A stretch of DNA of 64,000 nucleotides from positions 548 to 64,547 of the forward strand of contig CAJMQQ010000005.1 in NCBI GenBank assembly GCA_905215625.1, in the 5' to 3' direction. The notes beneath the pieces were generated by a model. It saw only the letters and a list, made by a program, of their open reading frames with translations, had not been told where the DNA came from and ran no database searches. Below, piece by piece: positions 1 through 8,421 of the stretch; the stretch's first letter is position 1; each line of letters starts with the position of its first letter. This DNA comes from an uncultured bacterium (GTDB lineage: Bacteria > Bacillota > Clostridia > Lachnospirales > Lachnospiraceae). The position numbers were made by a program, and so were the translations under genes.

Positions 1-1
1 T

Positions 2-163
2 CAGTACAAGGCTGTAACAGAGCTGCTGGCAGAATACAATGTTCCGGTGATTATGGATCTGGATATTGGCCATCTGCCGCCGATGATGCCGATTGTGTGC
101 GGAGGGTATGCCAGGGTGCAGGTAACCGGCAATCAGATTGTAATTACCTACGAAGAAAAATAG
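2..163 (+). CDS. C-terminal fragment of an LD-carboxypeptidase-like (peptidase S66/MccF-like) protein; 5' end outside window
   Basis: Frame is open from the window edge to TAG at 161-163. Translation ...VPVIMDLDIGHLPPMMPIVCGGYARVQVTG... resembles the conserved C-terminal D-x-G-H segment of S66 peptidases (by eye). Confidence 0.45.
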   Translation, partial: QYKAVTELLAEYNVPVIMDLDIGHLPPMMPIVCGGYARVQVTGNQIVITYEEK

Positions 164-168
164 TCTGG

Positions 169-196
169 TCATAAAACAGACAAGACCTCATATATT
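169..196 (+). promoter_or_regulatory. Possible sigma-E-type (mother cell) promoter for the spoIIIA operon
   Basis: TCATAAA (169-175), a 13-nt spacer, then CATATATT (189-196). This resembles the B. subtilis sigma-E pattern (approximately kmATAtt / CATAcanT). It lies about 20 nt upstream of the spoIIIAA RBS. Confidence 0.35.
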
Positions 197-217
197 AGGG
201 TAAAGGAGTGAGGTCAT

Positions 218-1183
218 ATGGCTGGGAAAGAAGAAATTTTAAGGCTGTTTCCAGGAATTTTGCGGGAAATTCTGGGACAGGTTTCCGGTAATTTTGAAGA
301 AATCCAGGAGATTCGCCTTCGGGCAGAACAACCGGTGATAATCATCCGGAATAACCGGGAGTATTTTTTAACTCCGTCTGGAAGTTTAAGGACAGCAAAA
401 GATGGAGCAGCAGTGTTTCATGGTCCGCAGATACAAGAAATTGTTGAATATATGGGAAACTATTCCCTTTATGCGTTTGAGGAAGAAGTACGGCGGGGAT
501 TTCTGACTCTCCAGGGAGGACACCGGGTCGGCCTTGCAGGCCAGGCGGTGCTGGAGAGCCGGAAGGAGCCGGGAATACGGCAGGTAAAGACATTAAAGTA
601 CATTTCGTTTTTAAATGTACGGATTGCCCACCAGAAAAAGGGCTGCGCCGCCGGACTTCTTCCTTTTTTATGTGAAGACGGCAAAGTGTTGCCGTCTTTA
701 TTAATTTCTCCCCCAAGATGTGGAAAAACCACCATTTTGAGAGATTTAATCCGGATGATTTCGGATGGAACCCCACCAGTCAGAGGACGGACGGTAGGAG
801 TGGTGGATGAACGTTCCGAACTGGGAGCCTGCTATCAGGGAATTCCCCAGAATGATTTGGGAATCCGGACAGACGTGCTGGACTGCTGTCCCAAGGCAGA
901 CGGCATGATGATGTTAATTAAAACCATGGCGCCGGAGGTGATTGCAGTGGATGAAATCGGAAGCGAAGAAGATTTTAAAGCTATTGAATATGCCAGAAAC
1001 TGCGGCTGCTGTCTGATTGCGACCGTACATGGATCTTCCCTTGCAGATATTAAGGAAAAGCCGGTTTTAAACCGGCTGATAAGGGAACACACATTCCGCC
1101 GGTATGCGGTGCTTGGAACCGATCCCCATCCAGGTACGATAAAGGCAGTTTACGATGAAAGGGAACATGAGCTGGAGGAGTAG
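218..1183 (+). CDS. spoIIIAA: Stage III sporulation protein AA (secretion-type ATPase)
   Basis: 321 aa with Walker A PPRCGKTT and Walker B-like VIAVDEIG. First gene of an eight-gene spoIIIA-ordered cluster. RBS AAGGAG upstream. Confidence 0.9.
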   Translation: MAGKEEILRLFPGILREILGQVSGNFEEIQEIRLRAEQPVIIIRNNREYFLTPSGSLRTAKDGAAVFHGPQIQEIVEYMGNYSLYAFEEEVRRGFLTLQGGHRVGLAGQAVLESRKEPGIRQVKTLKYISFLNVRIAHQKKGCAAGLLPFLCEDGKVLPSLLISPPRCGKTTILRDLIRMISDGTPPVRGRTVGVVDERSELGACYQGIPQNDLGIRTDVLDCCPKADGMMMLIKTMAPEVIAVDEIGSEEDFKAIEYARNCGCCLIATVHGSSLADIKEKPVLNRLIREHTFRRYAVLGTDPHPGTIKAVYDEREHELEE

Positions 1184-1184
1184 G

Positions 1185-1697
1185 ATGAAGGGATTAGGGG
1201 CAGGGTTTGTGCTTTTGGGCGCCGCCGGCTTTGGCTGGCAGATGGCCTGTCTGTGGAAACAGAGATTAGAACTTTTGTTGTCTCTCAGGCAGCTAATCTA
1301 TTTCTTAAAAGGAGAAATTTTATACAGTCACGCGACTCTGGCGGAAGGACTTTCCCATGCGGGAAAAAAGGGTGGAGGCCCGTTTGGAGCTTTATTTGAA
1401 GAAACAGCCAGACGTCTGAATCTGCGGGACGGCGCGGCTTTTTCCCAGATATGGAAAGAAGAGGGAGAGAAACGAAGGGATCTTCCCCTGACCAAAGAAG
1501 ACTGGGAACAGTTCTTTGCACTGGGAAATAACCTGGGGTATCTGGATTTGACCATGCAGGAGAGAACTATCCTGTTATATCTGGAACAACTGGATGAAAC
1601 CATAGGATTTTTAAAAGAACACAGCAGGGAACGGCGGCGTCTGTACATGAGTTTAGGGGTCATGGGAGGCTTGTTTCTGACCATAACGCTGTTATAA
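1185..1697 (+). CDS. spoIIIAB: Stage III sporulation protein AB
   Basis: Position immediately after spoIIIAA, N-terminal TM helix and about 170 aa size. I chose the ATG at 1185 over the overlapping 1155 start in the ORF track. Confidence 0.8.
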   Translation: MKGLGAGFVLLGAAGFGWQMACLWKQRLELLLSLRQLIYFLKGEILYSHATLAEGLSHAGKKGGGPFGALFEETARRLNLRDGAAFSQIWKEEGEKRRDLPLTKEDWEQFFALGNNLGYLDLTMQERTILLYLEQLDETIGFLKEHSRERRRLYMSLGVMGGLFLTITLL

Positions 1698-1721
1698 CAG
1701 GAAAAAAGACAGGGAGGGATT

Positions 1722-1916
1722 ATGGGAGTTAATCTGATTTTTAAAATTGCTGCAGTAGGAATCTTAGTTTCTGTAATCTGTCAGATTTTAAAACACAGCG
1801 GCAGGGAAGAACAGGCGTTTTTAACCAGCCTTGCCGGTCTGATCTTAGTGCTGTTCTGGATGGTTCCCTATATTTATGAGCTGTTTGAAACCATTAAAAA
1901 TCTATTTGCTTTATAA
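1722..1916 (+). CDS. spoIIIAC: Stage III sporulation protein AC
   Basis: 64-aa two-TM protein in the canonical third position. RBS GGGAGGG upstream. Confidence 0.85.
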   Translation: MGVNLIFKIAAVGILVSVICQILKHSGREEQAFLTSLAGLILVLFWMVPYIYELFETIKNLFAL

Positions 1917-1939
1917 AAGATTCCAGAAAGGAGAAAACC

Positions 1940-2326
1940 ATGACAACAGCGGCGGCAGCGGCTCTCGGCATTGTGGCGGTACTTTTGGCTGTCCAGTTTA
2001 AAGGATTGAAAGGAGAGTACGGAACCTACCTTTCAGCAGCGGCAGGAGCGGTGATTTTTTCCTACGGCCTTTTAAAACTGGAAACGATTTTAGAGGCAGC
2101 CAGAAAAATTCAGGAATATATAAAAATTAATCCGGTTTATCTGACAGTGCTGGTAAAAATGATTGGAATCGCTTATATAGCAGAATTTGCTTCTGGAATC
2201 TGTAAGGACGCAGGCTATTCTTCGATTGGCACCCAGATCGAGATTTTTGGAAAGCTTTCGATTCTGGCAGTCAGTATGCCGGTGGTTCTGGCTCTTCTGG
2301 AAACAATGGAGGGATTTCTGGCATGA
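1940..2326 (+). CDS. spoIIIAD: Stage III sporulation protein AD
   Basis: 128-aa polytopic membrane protein in the canonical fourth position. RBS AAGGAG upstream. Confidence 0.85.
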   Translation: MTTAAAAALGIVAVLLAVQFKGLKGEYGTYLSAAAGAVIFSYGLLKLETILEAARKIQEYIKINPVYLTVLVKMIGIAYIAEFASGICKDAGYSSIGTQIEIFGKLSILAVSMPVVLALLETMEGFLA

Positions 2327-3483
2327 AAGGCAGAGCGTTTTTGTTCAGTCTGGCAGCAGGGATTGGGATTAGTCTGGCGGCAGCGGGCATGGCTTTTGCA
2401 TCAGAAAAAAACGGCCAGGCCCAGTGGGATCTGGAACAGTTTGATACGGAATCGGTAGATGAATACCTGAGCCGGAACCAGCCGGAAGGAGTGGAATTAT
2501 CTTTTACGGATCTGGTGGTTCACATTGGAAAAGGAGAGGGAAAACAGGCGGCAGAAAAAATTGGTACAGCAGTCAGACAGGCCCTGGTTTCCCAGGTTGG
2601 AAAGGGAAGCAGGATGTTGGGACAGGTGGTTCTGCTGGGGTTATTGGGAGCCGTATTTTCTGGATTTGCAGGAATTTTTCCCAATGGACAACTGTCGGAA
2701 ACCGGATTTTTTGTTACATACCTGATGCTGTTTACCTGTCTATCTGCCAGCTTTTTCCAGAGCATCCAGATTGCCTCAGGAGTATTAAATCATTTGCTGG
2801 AATTTATGAAAGCGCTGCTGCCCTCGTTTTTTTTATCCGTAGCCTTTTGCGGAGGAAGCGGGGCAGGAGCTGCCCTCTATGAAACCACTCTGGGAATGGT
2901 TGCTGTGTTTCAGTGGCTTTGTTTAAAGGGGCTTCTTCCCATGATAAAAATGTATGCTCTTTTGATTCTGGCAGGAAAAATCACCAGGGAAGACAGTTTA
3001 TCCAGGCTCACCGATCTGGTTGGAAAGAGCGTTCAGTGGGGGTTAAAAACCATAACGGCAGTATTACTGGGATTTCAACTGATTCAGGGAATGGTGCTTC
3101 CCAGCGTGGATGCATTGGGAAAAGGCAGTCTGTTCCGCTTTTTGGAAGCAGTTCCAGGAATCGGACAGGGGGCAAGAACGGTAACCCAGGCGGTTTTAGG
3201 AGCAGGCGTTTTGATCAAAAACGCGATTGGAGCCGCTGCGGTGGTGATTTTAGCGGTCATTTCAGCGCTGCCTTTGATTCAGTTGGGGATTCTGGCGGTG
3301 TTGTACCACTTTTGTGCCGCTTTGCTGGAACCAGTCTGCGACAAACGGATTGTTTCTTGTATTCATGGGATTTCTATGGCACATCAGCTCCTGATCCGTT
3401 TGGTCTGGACGTCTCTTGTGCTGTTTGCCGTCAGCCTGGCTATCCTTTGTGCTGTTACCAATGTCATGTATTTTGCGGGGTGA
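2323..3483 (+). CDS. spoIIIAE: Stage III sporulation protein AE
   Basis: 386 aa with a signal-like N-terminus and multiple TM helices. ATGA overlap with spoIIIAD. Canonical fifth position. Confidence 0.85.
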   Translation: MKGRAFLFSLAAGIGISLAAAGMAFASEKNGQAQWDLEQFDTESVDEYLSRNQPEGVELSFTDLVVHIGKGEGKQAAEKIGTAVRQALVSQVGKGSRMLGQVVLLGLLGAVFSGFAGIFPNGQLSETGFFVTYLMLFTCLSASFFQSIQIASGVLNHLLEFMKALLPSFFLSVAFCGGSGAGAALYETTLGMVAVFQWLCLKGLLPMIKMYALLILAGKITREDSLSRLTDLVGKSVQWGLKTITAVLLGFQLIQGMVLPSVDALGKGSLFRFLEAVPGIGQGARTVTQAVLGAGVLIKNAIGAAAVVILAVISALPLIQLGILAVLYHFCAALLEPVCDKRIVSCIHGISMAHQLLIRLVWTSLVLFAVSLAILCAVTNVMYFAG

Positions 3484-3486
3484 ATC

Positions 3487-4101
3487 ATGGAATATCTGTT
3501 GGAATGGGCCTGGCAGATTATTTGCTGCCTGATTTTTATTACAGTACTGGTAAATCTCCTGCCAAAAACCGGCTATGAAAAGTATATACGGCTTTTCTCC
3601 GGAATGGTGCTGATTCTCCTGGTTCTAAAGCCGGTAACCGCAAATCTGGATTTGGACGATAAAATTGCGGCGCTGTTTCAGAATATCCAGTTCCAGGAAG
3701 AAGCAGGAGAATTCCGCAGACAGTTGTCCCAGATGGAGCAGAACCGGTTCGATAAAATGACAGAAGAATACGAGAGACAGGTGGAAGAAGAGATAACCCA
3801 GATGGCGCAGTCTGCAGGACTTCAGGCAGCAAAAGCGGATGTCAGCATAGAGACTAACCCAGAAAGCGGTTCCTATGGAGGCGTCTGCCGGATTACCTTG
3901 GAGATAGAAGAGGAAAAAGAACCCCCCTCATTGGTATCGCCGGTAGAACCAGTAAAAATCGGCGGGAATTCAGAAGAAGGGCAGCCAGCGTCGGCTATTC
4001 CGGCAAAGGCAGATTTGGAAAAATCAGAAGCGCTAAAGCGGAGGATTTCAGAATATTATGGCGTGGAGGAACAGAATGTGGAAATTTGGTGGAAAGATTA
4101 A
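3487..4101 (+). CDS. spoIIIAF: Stage III sporulation protein AF
   Basis: 204 aa with two N-terminal TM helices followed by a charged soluble domain. Canonical position. Confidence 0.7.
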   Translation: MEYLLEWAWQIICCLIFITVLVNLLPKTGYEKYIRLFSGMVLILLVLKPVTANLDLDDKIAALFQNIQFQEEAGEFRRQLSQMEQNRFDKMTEEYERQVEEEITQMAQSAGLQAAKADVSIETNPESGSYGGVCRITLEIEEEKEPPSLVSPVEPVKIGGNSEEGQPASAIPAKADLEKSEALKRRISEYYGVEEQNVEIWWKD

Positions 4102-4711
4102 AAAAGAGCAGTGGCTGATGCTGATTCTTTCTGGGGCTGCGCTGATGATTCTGGCTGCGCCGACTTCCAAAGAAACCGACCGGACAGGAAGCTTTTATGA
4201 AAGCAGTCAGAACGGACAAACGGAAGACAACGCGGGAGTTGGCGCTGGAAACGGGATTTTAAAGGAATCCGAGGAAACTAGCGGGAACGGAACTGCTTAT
4301 CTGGATCCGAACGGCTTATATGAAGCTCAGATGGAAGAGCGAATCCGAAAAATTCTAAAGACCGTAGAAGGAGTGGGGCAGGTAGAGGTAATGGTCGTTC
4401 TGAAAGCTTCAGAAGAAAAGGTTCTTCGGGTGGATCAGAATCAGTCTTCATCTGTTACCAAAGAACAGGATACCAATGGGGGGATACGGGAGGTTTCCCA
4501 GTCAGAGACAGGAGAGACGACGGTAATGGAAGGAGGAAGCGGCCAGAACCGGCCCATAGTGGAAAAAGAGATTTGTCCGGAACTGTCCGGCATTATCATA
4601 AGTGCCCAGGGAGGAGGAAGTCCAAAAGTAAAAGCAGAAATTTCGGAAGCAATGGAAGCATTATTTGGCCTGCCGCCACATAAAATAAAAGTGTTAAAGC
4701 GGGTGGAATAA
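4076..4711 (+). CDS. spoIIIAG: Stage III sporulation protein AG (ring-forming)
   Basis: N-terminal TM helix and a C-terminal segment ...PELSGIIISAQGGGSPKVKAEISEAMEALFGLPPHKIKVL typical of SpoIIIAG. The ATG at 4076 is preferred because GGAGG lies 7 nt upstream. An in-frame alternative start exists at 4058. Confidence 0.75.
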   Translation: MWKFGGKIKKEQWLMLILSGAALMILAAPTSKETDRTGSFYESSQNGQTEDNAGVGAGNGILKESEETSGNGTAYLDPNGLYEAQMEERIRKILKTVEGVGQVEVMVVLKASEEKVLRVDQNQSSSVTKEQDTNGGIREVSQSETGETTVMEGGSGQNRPIVEKEICPELSGIIISAQGGGSPKVKAEISEAMEALFGLPPHKIKVLKRVE

Positions 4712-4724
4712 AGGAGCGAGGGAA

Positions 4725-5522
4725 ATGAAACTAAAAAAACGGGATATTACGAAATCAAAAACAGAGATGAATATGAAACGTCTGTTCCGGAGAAATCAAA
4801 TCATCATTACCACGCTGGCGATTATGATTGCAGCGGCCGGATATTTAAACTATGCAGGAAAAGAAGATCTGGGAGCAGGCGGCGCCTACGAAGCCGGTCT
4901 GACCGACATTTCGGAAGAAGATTTGCTGGCAGAAAACCAGGCGGCAGGAACCTATGCCGGAGACAGCCAGCTCCAGGAAATCGCAAGTCTGGATCAGGAC
5001 CGGGAAGATCTGGATAAACTGGAAGGCAAGGATTTGGCAGACGCCGGACAGACTGAGGAGACGGAACCGGTAAAACCAGAAGATGCAGAATCAGAGGACG
5101 CAGACGTTTCCCAGACTGGACTTGAAAATCCAGGAGAAGCCGTACTGACCAGCGGACTCAGCGTTTCGGATTACATAGCCAATGTCCAGTTAAACAGGGA
5201 GCAGATTCGGGCTAAAAATAAAGAAGCGCTGATGGAGATTGTCAATAATACAGCCATTGAAGAGTCTGCCAAGCAGCAGGCTATCCAGAGCATGGTGGAA
5301 CTGACGGAAATAGCAGAAAAAGAAAACGCTGCAGAAACCCTTCTGATGGCAAAGGGATTTTCCGATCCAGTCGTCAGCATCAGCAGCGATAAGGTGGACG
5401 TAGTCGTCAACGCTTCAAGCATTACGGATCCCCAAAGAGCCCAGATTGAAGACATTGTAAAGAGAAAAACAGAAGTAGGAGCCGATCAAATCGTGATTAC
5501 CCTGCTGAACCTGGAAGAATAA
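4725..5522 (+). CDS. spoIIIAH: Stage III sporulation protein AH (SpoIIQ partner)
   Basis: N-terminal TM helix, a long acidic linker and a C-terminal YscJ/FliF-like domain. Last gene of the spoIIIA cluster. Confidence 0.7.
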   Translation: MKLKKRDITKSKTEMNMKRLFRRNQIIITTLAIMIAAAGYLNYAGKEDLGAGGAYEAGLTDISEEDLLAENQAAGTYAGDSQLQEIASLDQDREDLDKLEGKDLADAGQTEETEPVKPEDAESEDADVSQTGLENPGEAVLTSGLSVSDYIANVQLNREQIRAKNKEALMEIVNNTAIEESAKQQAIQSMVELTEIAEKENAAETLLMAKGFSDPVVSISSDKVDVVVNASSITDPQRAQIEDIVKRKTEVGADQIVITLLNLEE

Positions 5523-5569
5523 CCAGCCGGATTCCGACAAAACAATCCCAACAAAAACGCGGAAAGACC

Positions 5570-5598
5570 TTTCCAAATGGGTTTCTTTTTGCTATAAT
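5570..5598 (+). promoter_or_regulatory. Sigma-A-like promoter with extended -10, upstream of the Asp23-family gene
   Basis: TTTCCA (5570-5575), a 17-nt spacer, then TGcTATAAT (-10 at 5593-5598). Confidence 0.4.
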
Positions 5599-5675
5599 GG
5601 ATATAACTGTTTGGGACGGCCAGACCAGAGGGTGGGCCGTACTGGACAATTCCAAATGGACAGGAGGAAAGGATT

Positions 5676-6062
5676 GTGGCAGAAGCAGAGAATCGCAATA
5701 CGCATAAAGTATATGAAAAAGATAAAATAGGCGAAGTACAGATTGCAGACGAGGTAGTCGCTATTATTGCAGGCCTTGCAGCTACAGAAGTAGACGGAGT
5801 AGATTCTATGGCAGGCAACATTACCAACGAACTGGTAGGTAAATTAGGAATGAAGAATCTGTCCAGAGGCGTTAAGATTGATGTGACAGAAGAGCACGTA
5901 TGTGTCGATATTTCCTTATATTTAAAATATGGGTATAACATTCCAGAGGTCAGTGCGAAGGTACAGGATCGGGTAAAAAATGCCATTGAAAATATGACAG
6001 GGCTTACGGTTTTAGAGGTAAATATCAAGATTGCCGGCGTTAATATGCAAGAAGAAAAATAA
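5676..6062 (+). CDS. Asp23/Gls24-family alkaline shock protein (YqhY-like)
   Basis: 128 aa, GTG start, with the ...IADEVVAIIAGLAATEVDGV... signature of the Asp23 family. Its position before nusB matches the B. subtilis yqhY-nusB arrangement. Confidence 0.85.
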   Translation: MAEAENRNTHKVYEKDKIGEVQIADEVVAIIAGLAATEVDGVDSMAGNITNELVGKLGMKNLSRGVKIDVTEEHVCVDISLYLKYGYNIPEVSAKVQDRVKNAIENMTGLTVLEVNIKIAGVNMQEEK

Positions 6063-6070
6063 TATGCAAC

Positions 6071-6110
6071 AAGCTGCTGCCGTTTTTATCTGAGACGGGG
6101 CAGCTTTTTT
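6071..6110 (+). terminator. Rho-independent terminator after the Asp23-family gene
   Basis: Arms AAGCTGCTGCCGT / ACGGGGCAGCTT (one bulge) followed by TTTTTT. Confidence 0.7.
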
Positions 6111-6173
6111 GTTGCGAAGCACCCGGAAAAGCTGCTGACGGCAGGCTTTCCCGGTTTATAGGAGGACAGGAAA

Positions 6174-6977
6174 GTGGAAAAGAAACGATTAGCCCTTGTG
6201 GGATGCGGAAAACTGGGAGTTGTGATTGCACAGGCATGGAAAGACGGCTTGTTAGAAGATTATGAATTTGTAGGAGCGGCAAGCCGTACGATGGAGTCTG
6301 CTAAAAAAGTAGCGGCCATTACCGGATGTAAGGCCTGCGAAACTATAGACGAACTGCTGGAGTTAAAGCCGGATTTTGTGGCAGAGGCAGCGTCTCCTAA
6401 GACGGTCAGCGAGATTGGAAAGAAAGTGCTGTCTTCTGGATCCAATCTGGTGGTTCTGTCCATGGGAGCATTTGCAGATAAGGAGCTGTTTGAAGAGTTA
6501 AAGGCCACAGCCCTGGAATCCGGAACCAAGCTGTATCTGGCAAGCGGCGTTATCGGAGGTTTTGACGCGCTGCGTACCATTGCTTTAATGAGTCAGGCAA
6601 AGGGCCAGAAAGCAGTTTCTGGTATTTCTACCCATAAAGGTCCGGCTTCTTTAAAGGGAACCCCGATTTTTACGGACAGTCTAATGACCGATACCGATGA
6701 GACAGAAGTATTTTCCGGCAATGCAAAAGAGGCTATTGCTTTATTCCCGACAAAAGTAAATGTAGCGGTTGCTACCGCCCTGGCAAGCATGGGACCGGAG
6801 GACACCGGAGTGAAAATCACCAGCGTACCTGGATTTGTAGGCGACGATCACAGAATTACCATGGAAACCGACGGCATCAAAGCAGTGGTGGATATTTATT
6901 CCAGTACCGCAGAGATGGCAGCCTGGAGCGTCATTTCCCTGCTCCGCAACATCAGTTCACCAGTTGTATTCCAGTAG
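6174..6977 (+). CDS. Aspartate dehydrogenase-domain (NadX-like) NAD(P)-binding protein
   Basis: 267 aa, GTG start, with N-terminal LALVGCGKLG Rossmann motif and central LASGVIGGFDAL typical of the NadX/DUF108 family. Confidence 0.65.
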   Translation: MEKKRLALVGCGKLGVVIAQAWKDGLLEDYEFVGAASRTMESAKKVAAITGCKACETIDELLELKPDFVAEAASPKTVSEIGKKVLSSGSNLVVLSMGAFADKELFEELKATALESGTKLYLASGVIGGFDALRTIALMSQAKGQKAVSGISTHKGPASLKGTPIFTDSLMTDTDETEVFSGNAKEAIALFPTKVNVAVATALASMGPEDTGVKITSVPGFVGDDHRITMETDGIKAVVDIYSSTAEMAAWSVISLLRNISSPVVFQ

Positions 6978-6989
6978 GAGGGGAGAGAA

Positions 6990-7892
6990 ATGAAAAAGTT
7001 TAGAAAGTTAGTTGCCATTGAGCCGGTCAGTCTGGTGCCGGAAGCAGAAAAAGAACTTTACCAGTATGCAGAAGAAGTGGTATTATATCCGGATATTCCA
7101 GCAGATGATGCTGAAATTATCAGACGGATTGGCGATGCAGACGGCGTACTGGTCAGCTATACGTCCAGGATTTCAAAAGAAGTGATACAGAACTGTCCAT
7201 CTATCCGCTATATTGGGATGTGTTGCAGCTTGTATTCGGAAGAAAGCGCCAATGTAGACATTGCCTGTGCCAGAAGTTTAGGTATTCAGGTACTTGGAAT
7301 CCGCGATTACGGAGACAGGGGAGTAGTGGAATACGTTCTTCACCAGCTGATTGGGCTTCTCCACGGGTTTGGACGTCCCATGTGGAAGGAAGAGCCTCTT
7401 GAAATTACCGGATTAAAAGTGGGAATCGTAGGCTTAGGCGTTTCCGGCAGAATGATTGCAGACGCCCTGCAGTTTATGGGAGCAGAGATTTCCTATTACA
7501 GCCGCAGCCGCAAGGAAGACGCAGAAGCACAGGGCATGGCCTATAAGCCGTTAGACCAGCTTTTAAAAGAAAGCCAGGCAGTATTTACCTGCTTAAATAA
7601 AAATGTCCTTTTGCTTCAGGAAAAAGAATTTGAAGCCCTGGGAGATGGAAAAATCCTCTTTAATACGTCTATTGGACCTGGATTTGATTCCAAAGCCCTG
7701 GAAAACTGGGTAAAACGGGAAGGAAACTACTTTTTCTGCGATACGAAGGCAGCAGCAGGACCAGTTGATGAAGCATTTTTTGACCTTCCTCAGGTGTCCT
7801 GTGCAAATATATCTGCAGGCAGGACAAGCCAGGCATTTGTGCTGTTAAGCCAGAAAGTTTTAGCAAATATCCGGACATTTTTAGCGGATTAA
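6990..7892 (+). CDS. D-isomer-specific 2-hydroxyacid dehydrogenase-like protein; catalytic residues apparently not conserved
   Basis: 300 aa with NAD-binding motif GIVGLGVSGRMIA. The N-x-[STAGC]-R-G signature reads NTSIG, and the TPH-like segment reads ANISAG (see findings). Confidence 0.6.
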   Translation: MKKFRKLVAIEPVSLVPEAEKELYQYAEEVVLYPDIPADDAEIIRRIGDADGVLVSYTSRISKEVIQNCPSIRYIGMCCSLYSEESANVDIACARSLGIQVLGIRDYGDRGVVEYVLHQLIGLLHGFGRPMWKEEPLEITGLKVGIVGLGVSGRMIADALQFMGAEISYYSRSRKEDAEAQGMAYKPLDQLLKESQAVFTCLNKNVLLLQEKEFEALGDGKILFNTSIGPGFDSKALENWVKREGNYFFCDTKAAAGPVDEAFFDLPQVSCANISAGRTSQAFVLLSQKVLANIRTFLAD

Positions 7893-7904
7893 GAGTTTGG
7901 GATC

Positions 7905-7933
7905 TTGTGAAACCAGCCGGCTTTTGCTATAAT
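7905..7933 (+). promoter_or_regulatory. Sigma-A-like promoter with extended -10, upstream of nusB
   Basis: TTGTGA (7905-7910), a 17-nt spacer, then TGcTATAAT (-10 at 7928-7933). Confidence 0.45.
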
Positions 7934-7976
7934 AACTCCAAATGCCTATAGAATATTACGTGCAGGAGGATAAAAC

Positions 7977-8420
7977 ATGACCAGAAGAGAGTTGCGGGAG
8001 CATTGCTTTAAAATGCTGTTTGGATCTGAATTTTACCCAGCAGAGGAAAAAGAAGATCAGCTTAGACAGTATTTTCTGGCTCCGGAGGAAGAAGATGCAA
8101 ATCCAGAAGGCGCCGAAGAAGTTGTGCACTGTGTAGAATTAAAAGAGGCAGACCAGGAGAAGATCCTTCAGAGAGTGGAATCCATTATGAGTAAGATTCC
8201 GGATTTGGATCAGCAGATCGATCAGGTGGCTGAAGGCTGGAAAACCAGACGTATGGGAAAGGTCGAGCTGGCAATTCTGCGTCTGGCTGTCTATGAAATG
8301 AAATATGACGATCAGATTCCAGAAAAGGTAGCAATTAACGAGGCAGTCGAGTTGGCAAAGAAATTCGGCGGCAGTGATGCTCCTGCCTTTATAAATGGTA
8401 TTTTAGCAAAGCTGGTGTAA
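7977..8420 (+). CDS. nusB: Transcription antitermination factor NusB
   Basis: 147 aa starting TRRELREHCFKMLF and ending ...INEAVELAKKFGGSDAPAFINGILAKL, typical of NusB. Conserved synteny with xseA. Confidence 0.9.
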   Translation: MTRRELREHCFKMLFGSEFYPAEEKEDQLRQYFLAPEEEDANPEGAEEVVHCVELKEADQEKILQRVESIMSKIPDLDQQIDQVAEGWKTRRMGKVELAILRLAVYEMKYDDQIPEKVAINEAVELAKKFGGSDAPAFINGILAKLV

Positions 8421-8421
8421 G

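Noticed and set aside
2913-3578. 221-aa + strand ORF overlapping spoIIIAE in another frame
   Set aside because: The spoIIIAE frame gives a coherent polytopic membrane protein in canonical operon order. The alternative frame is Gly/Arg/Ser-rich with no features.
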